Assembly: GCF_036365525.1 (NCBI RefSeq)
Contig: NC_090404.1
Location: forward strand, 6,510,001 to 6,574,000
Direction: 5' to 3'
Source: Heterodontus francisci
Lineage: Eukaryota
DNA length: 64,000 bases
Positions 1 through 12,848 of this stretch are shown piece by piece. Position 1 is the first letter of the stretch; every line of letters begins with the position of its first letter. Position numbers and translations under genes: made by a program. The notes under the pieces are model-generated. The model saw only the letters and a list, made by a program, of their open reading frames with translations, did not search any database and was not told the origin of the DNA.

Positions 1-800
1 ACCTCTCTGCTAAGGGAAAAATAGATCCTTCCTCTCCACTTGATCTAGGCCCCTCATAATTCTATATATCTCAATTAAATCTCCCTCGCTCTCCTGCTGC
101 AAAGAAAACAACCCCAGCCAATCCAATCTTTCCCTGCAGCTGAAATTCTCTATTTCTGGTACATTTTCGTAAATCTCCTCTCTGCAATCATATCCTTCCT
201 GTAATATGATCAGAACTGTATGCAGTTCTCCATCTGCAGTCTAACTAGTGTTTTATATAGTTCTAGCATGACCTCCCTGCTGTTATATTCTGTGCCTTGG
301 CTAATAGAGGAAAGTATTCCGTATACATATGCCGCCTTAACCACCTTATTGAGCTACCCTGCTATCTTCAGGGATCTGTAGACATGCACTCCAAGGTCCC
401 TCTGTTCCTCTACATTTTACAGAATTCTACCATTCACTGTGCATTCCCTTGCTTTGTTTGTCCTCTACAAATGCATTACCTCACACTTCTTGGTATTGAA
501 TTCCATTTGCCACTTTATGCCCCCCTGACCAGTCCATTGATATCTTCCTGCAGTCTACAGCTTTCTTCCACATTGTCAGCCATACTGCCATTTATTGTAT
601 CAACAACCTTCTTAATCATGCCCTCTATATTTAAATCTAAATCAATGATATATACCACAAAAAGCAAGGGACCAAGTACTGAGCCCTGCTAAACTCCACT
701 GGAAATAGCCTTCCGGTCACAAGACCCCCATCGACTATTATAATTTGCTTCCTTGCACTGAGCCAATTTTGGATCTGTTACTTTTCTGACCAGTCTGCAT
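1..800 (-). mobile_element. CR1-type LINE fragment (RT C-terminal part), degenerate
   Basis: Reverse complement resembles the other CR1 copies in the window (QGSVLGPLLF and WQMEFN-like motifs); no long ORF. Confidence 0.75.
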
Positions 801-809
801 GTGGGATTT

Positions 810-1140
810 GTAAATGTGGAGAGAATGTTTCCACTTGTGGGACAATCCAAAAACAGGGGCCATAAATACAAGATAGTTACTAATAAATCCAACAGGGAAA
901 TAAGGGGAAATGTTTATACTCAGTGAAACTCACTACAGCAGCAAGTGCTTGTGGCAAAAAAGCTGAGATACTTTCAAAAGGAAACTAGACGAGTACATGA
1001 GAGCAAAGGGAATAGAACGATATGCTGAAGGGATGAGATGGGATAGATGGAATGGAAATAGAAACACCAGCACAGGCTAGTTGGACCGAATGGCTAGTTG
1101 GACCGAAGGGCCTGTTGTCTGCTGTATGTTCTATATAATT
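810..1140 (+). mobile_element. CR1-type LINE 3' end fragment
   Basis: Ends in the CR1 3'UTR signature ggaccgaagggcctgttgtctgctgtatgttctat. Confidence 0.65.
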
Positions 1141-1526
1141 CTGTGTGAACTCCTTTTACAGGGTTTTACAAGGGGAGGATTTGCAGATGGGAAGCTCAAA
1201 TCAAAAACCGCATCAGGATCTGACACGCACTCATTTAATCAGGACCTGAATATCATCGGCCTTTGGATGTGGAAAGAGGAATGTTTGTCTGTTCTGTCTG
1301 GGAAAAGATTTCAAACATCAATGTGACTGGAAAAGCACCGAGACACACAGATCCGAATGAGCGTGCTCCAGTGCGTTGACTGTGGATAGAGCTTTAACCA
1401 GTTACACAGACAGAAAACAAATATTGCTCCATTCACAGCGGGGAGAAACTGTACGCGGGTTGTGTGCGTGTGGTCGAGGCATTCAATTGATCATCCAACC
1501 TAGAGAGACATTAGGACACCCGCACT

Positions 1527-2117
1527 ATGGAGAAACCTTGGAAATGCATGGACTGTGGGAAGGGATTCAGTTACCCATCAGAGCTGGAAATTCATCGGCG
1601 CAGTCACACTGGGGAGAGGCCGTTCACCTGCTTCGCGTGTGGGAAGGAATTTGCACAGTTATCCACCCTGCTGACACACCAGCGTGTTCACACTGATAGG
1701 AGACCCTTTAAATGTTCGGCATGTGAGAAGAGTTTCAAAAGCAGAAGGGAAGTCCTGAAACACCAACACACTCACACTGGGGAGAGGCCCTTCCTCTGCT
1801 CTGTGTGTGGGAAAGGATTCCCTAGGTCATCCAACCTACAGAAACACCAGATAGTTCACACTGGGGAGAGGCCATTCACCTGCTCCATCTGTGGGAAGGG
1901 ATTCACTCAGTCATCACACCTGCTAACACACCAGCGTATTCACACTGGGGAGCGGCCATTCTCATGCTCTGTGTGTGAGAAGGGATTCACCCAAAAATCC
2001 AGCCTGCTGACACACCAGCAACTTCACACTGGGGAGAGGCCATTCATCTGCTCCGTGTGTGGGAAGGGATTCGCTCGTTCATCCAACCTGGTGAGACACC
2101 AGCGAGTTCACAAGTGA
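1527..2117 (+). CDS. C2H2 zinc-finger protein (ZNF-1), 7 tandem fingers, no effector domain seen
   Basis: 196-aa ORF with seven CxxC-x12-HxxxH fingers and TGERPF linkers, ending HQRVHK*. Cassette acceptor ctccttttacag ends at 1161; the paralogous 3'UTR follows. Confidence 0.85.
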   Translation: MEKPWKCMDCGKGFSYPSELEIHRRSHTGERPFTCFACGKEFAQLSTLLTHQRVHTDRRPFKCSACEKSFKSRREVLKHQHTHTGERPFLCSVCGKGFPRSSNLQKHQIVHTGERPFTCSICGKGFTQSSHLLTHQRIHTGERPFSCSVCEKGFTQKSSLLTHQQLHTGERPFICSVCGKGFARSSNLVRHQRVHK

Positions 2118-4699
2118 CTGCAGGGATTGGATTCTGCTGTTATTACTGTTTCTAATCACATCCAGGACTGAAGCATGTTCATTCTGACAGTTGGTGTTCC
2201 TTTTTCCCAATGTTAATAAACCATAACTGGGCTGGAGTTTAATATTCTGGATAAATGTGAAAACAATCAGCTTTGGTTTAAAAATATTGTAGATTTTTGT
2301 CTTTCCCACCTGAGTGTTTAACATCACCTAGCTGGAGCTCAAAGGACAATCTTGGGAGGATCGACAGGAACAGAACTTCAGCCTGAACGCAGTCCTTTAG
2401 GATCACACTGAGAGGGGTGAATGGCACCTTTGTCTTTTTCCTCTCTGTACTGAGAGTAAAGTCTCAGTGTCGGTTAATCCTGAGGCATGTAAGAAATGTG
2501 TCCCAGCCCCACACTCCCATGGTTCAGAGCTCCGAGGCACGGAACAGAAGGCTCCTTTACAACTGTGTTTAGAGTCAGGAAGAACGTTGAAGAATGCTGG
2601 AAATGTGATGTCAAATCAGAGATTGGTGTAAAACTGTGATTCGTTCTAAAGCCTGGCTACCCGACCCAAACCCGACTAGACCCGACGACGTGTTGGGGTC
2701 GGGTCAGGCCTCTCTTCTGATTCCAGCATTTGGGCCCTGGTCGGGTCGGGCTGGACAGTGCTGCCTCTGAGAAGTAATCTTCAATTCAACATTAAGGTCA
2801 AGGCGGGAAACATGCAGTACGGACTCCACACTCTGCAGCGAGCATTTCTATGAAATCATCGCACTCCTGCTGTAGCTTCCATGCATCCAAAGGTGTTTCT
2901 ACACTACAGTACACTATGGATGTAAAACGAATGCTGTCTACTGGAAAATGTTTAGCAGTGGAAAGTTCTGTAGCTGGAAAAGGTAAATCTTCCAATTGGA
3001 AACATTTGAATACTGTTGCGATAGTAAAAGTTCAAGTGGATTCGTACAATGCAAATCTTGCAAACTTCGACTAAAATATGACAGCAAAAAGACGAGACAT
3101 GCATCTTTGCAGCGGCACACTGAAAAAGGTAGTACTCTACCCGCAGCAGGTCCAAGTCAGTCATACCTAACTTTGTTTGTACAGACGAGCGAAAAAAAAA
3201 CATACCCGCACACAAGAAATCAGAAATTACAGACAAATGCGTGAGTCTCTGTTGCAAGGGTATTCGACCTTTCCAAACTGTCTCTGATGAAGGGTTTGTT
3301 GAGCTAGCACAAGAGCCTAACAATGTGGGTGCTACATATGGTCCAGTATCAACATCAAGTGTGTTACCAAATCCAACTACAGTTTCAAGGTATCGTGATG
3401 TGGCTGAAGAAAAAACAACTAATTTCTCATTCCTGACACACTGAAGGATGTGAATGTGGGAATGACAACTGACGTGGACGGACCACTGCCATAAAATCCA
3501 TTATATGTTGATAACTTGTCATTACGTCACAGTAGGTTTTAAACTTGATGCCAAAGTTTTAACAGTAATGTTTCCACTGGAGGACGCCGAACCTGCCGAA
3601 AACATCAGGAGTGAGATTTTAAAGCTGCTAGTGAATACTTTTGGATTCGACCCAGTAAATTTAAATAAATTAATCTGGGTGACAGATCAAGGCGCTAACA
3701 TAGTGCTTGCTGTTAGACCATTTTGACGTCTAGATTGTCAGGACCACTGATATAACACTGTCCTTCGACATTCACATGATCCAAAGGAATTAGCTTCCGA
3801 AGCTCCGGATGTTGTAGAAACTATACATCACGCCAAAGCCTTGGTGACCTATGTTAAACAGTAAACGTTTTGACATGATTTGTTTCTGTTTTATCTGGTT
3901 ATTTTCACAGTGCTGTTTGTGGGAGCTTGCTGTGGACAATGGCTGCTGCGTTTCCTACTTTACGACAGTGACTACAATTCACAAAGACCTTCATTGGGTG
4001 GAAAGTGGTTTGGGACGTCCTGAGGTTGTGAAAGGTGCTAGAGAAGAGCAAGTCTTTCTTTGTAGAGAGAAAATGGATAATCTCACGAGAATACTGCTTA
4101 AAAATCATGAGGGAGTCGAGACGTTGTTTGAAAGTCCGGAAGAGACGGGCTGATATTTCTGACAGAAAAGAGAAATACAGTGTGTATCTGATCATTATCT
4201 ACAAAAACTTAGTTCGGCTCCTAGAGTTGGGATCTTTAATTTTATGTACTCAAGGAGTTGGAAGAAAGATGTCCAATAAATACATAACTGCATTTTAATC
4301 ACTTAGATTATTTGTTTTACATTTCAATACTTCAAAGTATGGGCTTCTAGGATGCTTTATCTCTTCTAAGAGTGAACTGTAATCGTTATAGAAGCAATTA
4401 ACAAGCAGCACTTACTGATTTTTTTTTTTTTTGTTGCAGCATTGACAGGTAAATACTTACAAAGATCTCAAAGGATAGAGGGACACTCTGAAAGCTTTGG
4501 AGGGTTGGGATTCACCCATGACATCAATTAATCTAGGCAAGAATGTTTTTTTTAAAAGTGCTACTTGCCTTTATGTAAAATTGTATTAAATGTCAATACT
4601 AGAAATTGTTCAACATACTTCGTCAATATTAACATGTTTTTTTGACTTTGTAGGCTATTCGAGGTGCTGGCCATTATGTGTATGCTGATCAACCAGAAA

Positions 4700-6573
4700 C
4701 CATAGTCAGAGTTATACAGCACAGAAACAGGCCCTTTGGCCCATCATGTCCATGCCAGTTATCAAGCACCGATCTATTCTAATCCCATTTTCCAGCACTT
4801 GGCTCGTAGCGTTGTATGCTATGGCATTTCAAGTGCTCATCTAAATACTTCTTAAATGTTGAGGGTTCATGCCTCTACCAGCCCTTCAGATAGTGTGTTC
4901 CAGATTCCAAGCACCCTCCGGGTGAAAAATATAATCCTTAAATCCTCTCTAAACCTCCTGTCCCTTACCTTAAATCTGTGCCCCCTGGTTATTGACACCT
5001 CCGCTAAGGGAAAAAGTTTCTTCCTATCTATGCCCCTCATAATTTTGTATACCTCAATCAGGTCCCCCCTCAGCCTCCTCTGCTCCACGGAAAACAACCC
5101 TAGCCTATCCAGTGTCTCTTCATAGCTGAAATGCTCCAGCCCAGGCAACATCCTGGTGAATCTCCTCTACACCCTCTCCAGTGCTAACACATCCTTCCTA
5201 TAGTGTGGCGAACAGAACTATACACAGTACTCCAGCTGTGGCCTAACTAGCATTTGATGCAGCTCCATCATAACCTCCCTGCTCTATATTCTATTCCTCG
5301 GCTAATAAAGGCAAGTATCCCATATGCCTTCCTAACCACTTTTATTTACCTGTAACGCTTGCTTCAGTGATCTATGGACAAGTACACCAAGGCCCCTCTG
5401 CACTTCCTATGATCCTATCATCCATTTTATATTCCCTTGTCTTGTTAGTCCTCCCAAAATGCATCACTTCACACTTCTCAGGATTAAATTCCATTTGCCC
5501 ATCTTACCAACCCATCTATATCATCCTGTAATCTAAGGCTTTCCTCCTCACTATTTACAACACCAATTTTTGGCATCTGCGAACTTACTGATCATATCTC
5601 CTATATTCACGTTTAAATCATTAATGTACAGTACAAACAGCAAGGGTCCCAGCACCGATCCTTGCAGTACACCACTGGTCACAGGCCTCCAATCGCAAAA
5701 ACAACCCTTGACCACCACCCTCTTCCTGCTGCCACTAAGCCAATTTTGGATCCAAATTGCCCTGGATCCAATGGGCTCTTACCTTCTTGACCAAACTCCC
5801 ATGTGGGACCTTATCAAAGCCTTACTGAAGTCCATGTAGACTACGTCAACTGCTTTACCCTCATCTACACACCTAGTCACTCCTTGAAAAATTCAATCAA
5901 AATTGTGAGACATGTTCTCCCCCTGACAAAGCCATGCTGACTATCCTTGATTAATCCCTGCCTCTCGGAGTGGAGATTAATCCTGTCCCTCATAGATTTT
6001 TCTGATAGTTTCCCGAACACTGATGTTAGACTCACTGGCCTGTGATTACCTGGTTTATCCCTGCTACCTTTCTTGAATAATGGTACCACATTCTCTGTCC
6101 TCCAGTCCTCTGGCACCTCTCCTGTGGCCAGAGAGGATTTCAAAATTTGCGTCCAAGCCTCTGCAGTCTCCTCCCTTGCCTCACATAACAGCCTGGGATA
6201 CATCTCGTATTGGCCTGGGGATTTATCCACTTTTAAGCCCGCTAAAACCGCTAATACCTCCTCCCTTTCGATGCTAATTTGTTCCAAGTATATCACAATC
6301 CCCCTCCCTGTCTCTACACCTATATCGTCCTTCCCCATAGTGAACACAGATGAAAAGTAATCATTTAAAACCTCACCTATGTCTTCCGGCTCCACACACA
6401 GATTGTCACTTTGGTCCCTAATGGGCTCTACTCTTTCTTTGGTTATCCTCTTGCCTTTAAAATACTTATAAAACGCCTTGGGATTTTCCTTTATCTTGCC
6501 CACCAGTATATTTCATGCCCGTTCTTCACTCTCCTAATTACTTTAAGTACCCCCCTACACTTTCTATACTCCT
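4700..6573 (-). mobile_element. CR1-type LINE, 3' part of ORF2
   Basis: Minus-strand ORFs 5877-6503 (KSPGQYEMYPRLL..HGFVRGRTCLT) and 4867-5151 (RRLRGDLIEVYKIMRG); CR1 3' tail near 4700-4760. Confidence 0.9.
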
Positions 6574-7099
6574 TTTTGCAGGAAGTTCAGTCCCCATCCC
6601 TTGCCTTTCGGGAATTCAATCACCCTCCCTTATTTCCAACCCATGCGGGAGTTCAATCACCCTCCCTTGTTCTGTTACCGGTGAGAGTTTGTTCTCCCCC
6701 TCCACGTGCAAGTGGTTACCAGACGAGATTCAAGACTGAAGTTTCTTTGTTTGAACACTGGTTTATTCAACCATGCAGGGGAGCCACATGAATCAAATTG
6801 AAACGGGTAAGCTCTCCGAAACACAATGGTCATACACGTTTACAGGATTACTTATCAGACATTGTTTACATAACCAATCAGATTATACAGAGTGACTTAA
6901 ATGAGCCAACCACGACTCGTACATCCCTGCGCCACATTTAACTTTGTTTTAACATGATCATAATGAAATAGTTAGAGGGTCCCCTCGGCGGTCAGCATGA
7001 CAGCCTATCCGAGGGGCTGCATGTACATACTAATAAAATGACTCCAATTAGCGACCAACACACATCTCCTGAGCACCAGTTTGTTATCAGAAAGCCACA
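6574..7099 (-). repeat. 3' LTR of the ERV (~526 bp)
   Basis: Starts TGTGGC on the minus strand directly after the polypurine tract AGGGGGGAGG (7100-7109). Carries AATAAA (ttTATT at ~6762) and aligns with 12488-12758. Confidence 0.85.
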
Positions 7100-7389
7100 C
7101 CTCCCCCCTGCTTGTCCAATTCTGTCTGTGTCAGCAATTTTGTGTATCCAAGGTCTTTTAAAGCTTGTTCTTTGTTTCATGTATCCTTTTAACTTATTCT
7201 TTGTGTCATATATCTTTTTAGTGTATTTTTTCTTTTTCAATCCCCCATTTTGGCCCTTGGCAGGTGCCAAGTTGACCAACGGTTGAGGAATCTTACCCAC
7301 ATATCCTTTGGATGGCCAGTCCTCCAGATCTAGGTAATTTCCCTAAACCATTAAATTGTATTTATCGTATCCTATCAATCCCTGTCTTT

Positions 7390-9600
7390 TCTATCCCCTT
7401 AATTTGCGTGGTCGCTGCGCCACATCCCTTCTGTGCGAATAATATCTTCATGTGGTTGAATGTCCATCATTGGTAGCAACATAACCCTATCGTGATCAAC
7501 AATACTATAACTGACAACATGGATGCCATTGTCCTCGCTATCTTCCACTACCCAGCCAATCTCCGGGCAGTGGTGGTGCTAGTGGCAGAGTTAATCAACC
7601 TCTTGGCAGATCCCGTGGCCAAATTAACCTGTACTCGGCCTTTCTCATCCAGCTCGTGAGAGGTGGCTGCGTACCGTTGGGCTATTCGGATAGCTTCTGA
7701 ATTGCTTGCCTAGCCACTCCCCCTGGGGTCTGGTCGATAAAGGTTTTGTCATCCCAACAGGCCCCGAACACACACCCTGACATTCAACCGGGGAAGTGGA
7801 ATTCCCCTATTGTGAATGGGTTGGTAATTTGTAAGCAGAAGCTGGTCGGGTCGGTGCAGATGAGGTCGCTGTATGCAAATTCAGGTTCACTAGTGATGAA
7901 GCACCACTGAGTGGGTGAGACTTGTATGGCTCGAAAAATGTCTTTATCAGTATTACTGATGGGGTAACCCTACTGATCGTAGTTACGGACATCAAGGCAT
8001 GGCAGGAGCACACAATATAATTTTTGGACTCGGCACAACACCCCTGGGTGCTTGGGTGGGAATTGTTTATGTACGATGTACCTGTGCGATCCTATTCAGT
8101 ACACCCGGCCTCCCTGGGGAACTCCCAGGGATGTGAACTGATAGCTGTTAGTGAAGGTGCCGATTGGGTGGTGGTCTTGTGGGACAGCCATGGTGAACTT
8201 CGTAATTCCTTCCGTTCCTCCCTCCTGGAGTTGTGTAACTACCAGTTCTTGCTGGTCTCGATGTAGATTTATAAGGTTCAACCGATGGATGGATTTGAAC
8301 ATGTGTTCAGGATCGCCCCAAATCGGATGTTCTGTATATTGGATCGGACATCGTCTATAAGGTCTCTAGCTAACGTGTCGCAAGCCCGCCCCTTCGTCTG
8401 TGAATCTGTTACGTTTAGGATACTTGTAGCAGTTTTATTTAATGTCTGTAGCAAGCCTTCCCTTTAAGACATCCGTAGAGGTTAAGGCATACTCAGTTCC
8501 CTTCGCTGTGAACTGTATTCCCCTTGCATTTTCAGTTGCCCCCAGGAGGCGTACCCGTTTAACTCAGGTTCGTATGGAGTTTATGGCTGAATTGGCACTC
8601 CTGAATATTCTGCTAAAATCCCACAGTATGCTTCTTTTCCTCCTCCCTTTGTGAATTCACGGGTTGATTTATATTCCCGGGGCAATCCGGAACTTATAAT
8701 CCCGTTTTAACTTCACCATCTGGTGGGCTGCCCAACGCCCTGAACTGGGATGTTCCCTGCAGTGGGTATTTAATATTGGGGCCAGCCTGGTGAGGTTATA
8801 AGATGCCTTTATAGTGACCATAGTTACATTGTGCAACAGCAGTTTCTTACTCCCTATCCTAATTAACCCATTTATCGGTGGATTGACTACTTCGGGGCAT
8901 CGGGAGTGGGTTTCTGATATCCACGGGTGCTTAAATTATAACATCTAACATCTACACATCCATATCACTCTATAACATTAATACACATATCTTGACAATA
9001 CTGTCCGTCTAAATCAGGTTCCCATACAAAAGGGGGGGGGAGGGGGAATCTATCCACCCTGCAGTTACATTGATTCCTACATTAGTCAGTAATGGGCTGT
9101 ACGTGGGATGTGTTAACTTGCATATGTACCACCACTTCCCCAGTCCTTGTCTTAAACCCCCTAGAGGTCTAAATTACCATCAGTATCCACGGTGTACATT
9201 ACTTGGGTGTACTGTATGGGGATTGGCGTATCATGATTGAAGGATGGGTGTTCGAACTGCCATCCTAGACCGCTAGCTGGGGTTGCTGTGTAGCCGAAGT
9301 CATTTGCCCATACACACCCAGGGTTTACTTGACTTTGTCAAGGTGACAGTGATCATTGTCCCAACCTGTGCTGTAACCATCTGGTCTGGTGGCTATCGCT
9401 AGTAACCCTGTCGGAGATCCATGTTGTCGGCTTCCTGATCCATTCTCCCGTCCCTCCTTTCGGCAGCTGTACATATTGGCCCCGAGTGTAAACAGGTGCG
9501 TTGGTTGATGTGTCTTTTTGGGACTTCCCAGGCTGAGATCTCACCCACATCCCAACTGGTATAGATGACCTGTAGAGACATTCGCCCCGGTAATTCCAGA
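7390..9600 (-). pseudogene. env: Retroviral env remnant (stops and frameshifts)
   Basis: Minus strand reads GRRKR|SILWDFSRIFRSANSAINSI (furin site 8633-8644), then GRACDTLARDLIDDVRSNIQNIRFG, and a hydrophobic helix MASMLSVIVLLITIGLCC at ~7475-7530 just upstream of the PPT. Confidence 0.7.
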
Positions 9601-9606
9601 ATGCAG

Positions 9607-10191
9607 TTAGTTCTTAAGAATCTTTAACTGTGTATAATATTTCCATTTAATTCCTGTTTTCATGTCTATGAGCGCACACATATCACCTGTCATAATTACC
9701 TCATGTGGTCCATGCCATTGGGGTTGAAGTCCGCCGTGTTCTGGACCCCTTCTGACCATTACCTTATCTCCCACCTGCGGAATCTTCTGTTTTTCCAACT
9801 GCTGATCCAATTCTATGTCCTTAGCTGCCTGTCTGTCCTTAACCTCTTGTCTGAGCTTGTGTAGCTCTTTACTCATTTCTCTGACATACTCTCGGATTCT
9901 ACCTTTAAGCGGGCCTGCGTCCGCCTATCCGACCATTATTCCTTTTGGTAACTGCATTGCCCATCTTGTCATTAGCTCAAATGGTGTAAATCCTGTATTC
10001 TTATTTGGGGTGGCCGGTAGATGCTTCAGAATGCTGGGTAAAACTGTTGCCCAGCTATTCCCTTTTCCTTGTATTGCTATAGCTTTCGAGGTCTTTAAAG
10101 TCCTGTTCATTCTTCCATTCCAGAACTTTGAGGATGATGGGGGATGTGGAATTTCTGTTTTATCCCCAGATTCCTTTATTAGCTCTTGCAT
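9607..10191 (-). pseudogene. pol: Retroviral integrase remnant (core end and GPY/F-like C-terminus)
   Basis: HPPSS..RMNRTLKT, SWATVLP..L..TPNKNTGFTPFELM and VGDKVMVR..LQPQWHGPHEV, interrupted by a stop. Confidence 0.85.
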
Positions 10192-12467
10192 CAGCCCAAT
10201 CTAATTGCCAATTCCCATTAATTATAATTAGATTTCATTCATGCGCCCTGGAGAAACTGTACAGTCTTAAAACTTTAAAACAGAAATTAAATATTCCCAT
10301 TTGATTCCAGGCATTACCATATTTTGTTTGTTTTTTTACCTCGATCCTGGATGACATTTTAATTTCTTAAAAGTAAATTGCACTGGATTTTCGACATCTC
10401 AGATATTCCAAATTCAAATAAGTGTTGCTGGAGTGACAGGTTTTATTATTCCATTTAATATCTCCCCAAAAGAAACTTTGTTTTTTTTTATAGTTGGGAA
10501 CCACCTACATTGCTTTTGTTTTTTGTTTTCTAAAACTTTGTCCTGTTAAATGTCAGATAATGTTCCCTTTGCTTTAAATAACCACTCATATCAATTTAAT
10601 TTTATCGATTCCAATTTCTTATACCCAGACTTGATGGTATTTGCATTTTTTTTTACATTAAAGACAGAAGTGCTTGCAACTATCTCTCCTTCTCAAGCAT
10701 TTTGTCTCATTGATAAAGATGCTGTGACATTTATTGTCCTCAGTTATGTTCTTAAATTCTTAAAGCTGCTGGATCTCTTGCTATGGCATCAGAATGCATT
10801 GTAGCTCTCTCCCAAAGCCCAATAGGTTAATTTTACTTGCAGCAATGCAAAAATTAAATGGAAAAACAATAGCTGTAGCAAGGTTAATTTCTTTGCTTGT
10901 CTCCAAGGGGGCAGAGCAAAACATTCTCAGCTGCGTCACTTTGCGTAACCTTTTTCTTTATGATCAAAAAAAATAAACTCCATTTTAAACTTGTTATTTT
11001 TGATATCTTTTGGGTTTTAAAACAACAAAATCATTAGTTACATTATCAACTTCAAAGGAAACCATCTCCATTAAAGAAGACAGTAGTTTAGATTAAACTC
11101 CCATTGTTTCCAAACTTTTAGCATCTTTTGCAAGAGGTTTCTAATCCAAGGATTTTTTTTGTATACGACCAAGATGATTCCAAATTCCAGTTCACGGCAA
11201 TAAACATTTAAATGTTTTTCTCAACTTAACATGTTAGTTAACCTTAATAGTATAAACTTAGTTCAGACATTAACTTATAATACTTTAACTCCAGACAGAA
11301 CAGAATAGCACGTGCTTTTTTTTTAAAGACAGGTAAATTACGTCATTTTTCTTGTTCTTTCTTCAGGCGCCTTTTCAAATGACTGTAATAAACCCAAAAA
11401 CTAAAGAAAAAGTTATTGAACATTCTTACAACAGAAACCTTATCAGCTTCTTATGCAAATGTTAATCTTTCCCATATCTCCTTTGCTTATCCTTCTCCCC
11501 CTTAAAACAATATCCAATTTCTGACACTTGCTACTTACAAAGTCAGTAAAACATGTCTTTGAGTTTAAACTGCAAAATAAAGCAATAGCAGATTTTAAAT
11601 GTTTGCTCAATTAAAGCAGTGTTTTAAACTTCAAATTGGATTTCTGCCAGACATCTTCAGACTTTCAAGGCTGAAGCTTATCTCTTAGAAAATTGTTCAT
11701 TGGCTTTTCACAGTTGCAAAACCAACTTTTAAGCTGGAAATAAAACTTTAACTTTAAATATAATTCAATTTCATATCCCATTCCTGGGTGCACAATCTTA
11801 AATTGAAATGAACACACTCAACAATCACTTTTCACACTCATTCAGTTCCAAGCAACTTAGAAAATTGATTCCTGTAATAGTTTATAAATTCAAAGTATCA
11901 AAATCTGTGTCAAATTCCTTGTCCTGTTGCCAAGGAACACACACAGGTTCAACGAGTTCACAACCAAAACATGACTCAAGGTTCCCACAAAATATACATG
12001 TGTAAAGATAGAAAAAGTAACAGACTCATGCTTTCAACATTAAAGCCAGACAACAAAGACTTAATGATGGTCAGTTCTACAGAACACAAGCTGCACATCT
12101 CAGACATTAATTTCATTCGTGGAGGCTTCCAACATTCACACATTTGAATCAAAAGACACAGTAACTTGTCTCCTATATTACAGATCAGTTTCTGATGTTT
12201 TCGAGCAAAGAAGAGGGACATGGTCCCTTCTCCTCCCCATTGCTCAACGAACTCGAGTTCCCCCTTTCCCGCTGCAGCCATTTAGTTACTCACGTGCCCT
12301 GGACCCCCTCAGTCCCACAAGCTTACAAACTTGAGTCTCTTTCTCTTACCCTCTTCTGGTTTGGATCTGCCAACTTGGGCTTCCCTATCGTCCACCATGT
12401 CCCATGAATATTTTTCAAAGGAAATACTCACCGAAACATGGCCGGTCCGCGTGGAGAGTCCTGATGG

Positions 12468-12485
12468 ATCCTGCCGACTATGCCA
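12468..12485 (-). promoter_or_regulatory. Primer-binding site, tRNA-Ser
   Basis: Minus strand TGGCATAGTCGGCAGGAT, 2 nt after the LTR terminal CA; 17/18 complementary to the vertebrate tRNA-Ser 3' end (ATCCTGCCGACTACGCCA). A donor-like GGTGAGTA follows at ~12425-12432. Confidence 0.9.
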
Positions 12486-12487
12486 AT

Positions 12488-12758
12488 TGTTGCGGGAAGT
12501 TCAATCACTCTCCCCATGCGGGAGTTCAGTCACCCTCCAGTAGCCCCTTCTGGGAGTTCAATCACCCTCCCTTGTTCTGCTACCCGTGAGAGTTCATTCT
12601 CCTCTCTCCACGTGCAAGTGGTTGCCAGGCAATACTCAAGTTTCTTTGTTTGAACACTGGTTTATTCAAGCATGCAAGGGAGCCACACGAATCAAATTGA
12701 AACGTGCAAGCTCTCCAAAACACAATGGTCATACGTGTTTATAGGATTACTTATCAGA
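12488..12758 (-). repeat. 5' LTR of the ERV, U3 side truncated
   Basis: Aligns with 6574-6858; homology stops at a short CR1 3'-tail insertion (12759-12848). Confidence 0.85.
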
Positions 12759-12848
12759 TTGGATTAGAATAGATAGGTGCTTGATGGCCGGCACAGACAC
12801 GGTGGGCCGAAGGGCCTGCTTCTGTGCTGCATAATTCTATGACTCTAT

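Larger units (their letters stand above)
6574..12758 (-). mobile_element. Endogenous retrovirus-like LTR element, internally deleted and degenerate
   Basis: Two homologous LTRs, a tRNA-Ser PBS, a PPT, integrase remnants (RMNRTLK, TGFTPFELM, WHGPHEV) and an env remnant with an RRKR furin site and TM helix. Confidence 0.88.

Noticed and set aside
2647-3860. RAG-like (Transib/ProtoRAG) transposon near a TCR locus
   Set aside because: The motifs are hAT-type (BED finger, CxxH, 8-bp TSD in its MITE) and the ends are not RSS-like.
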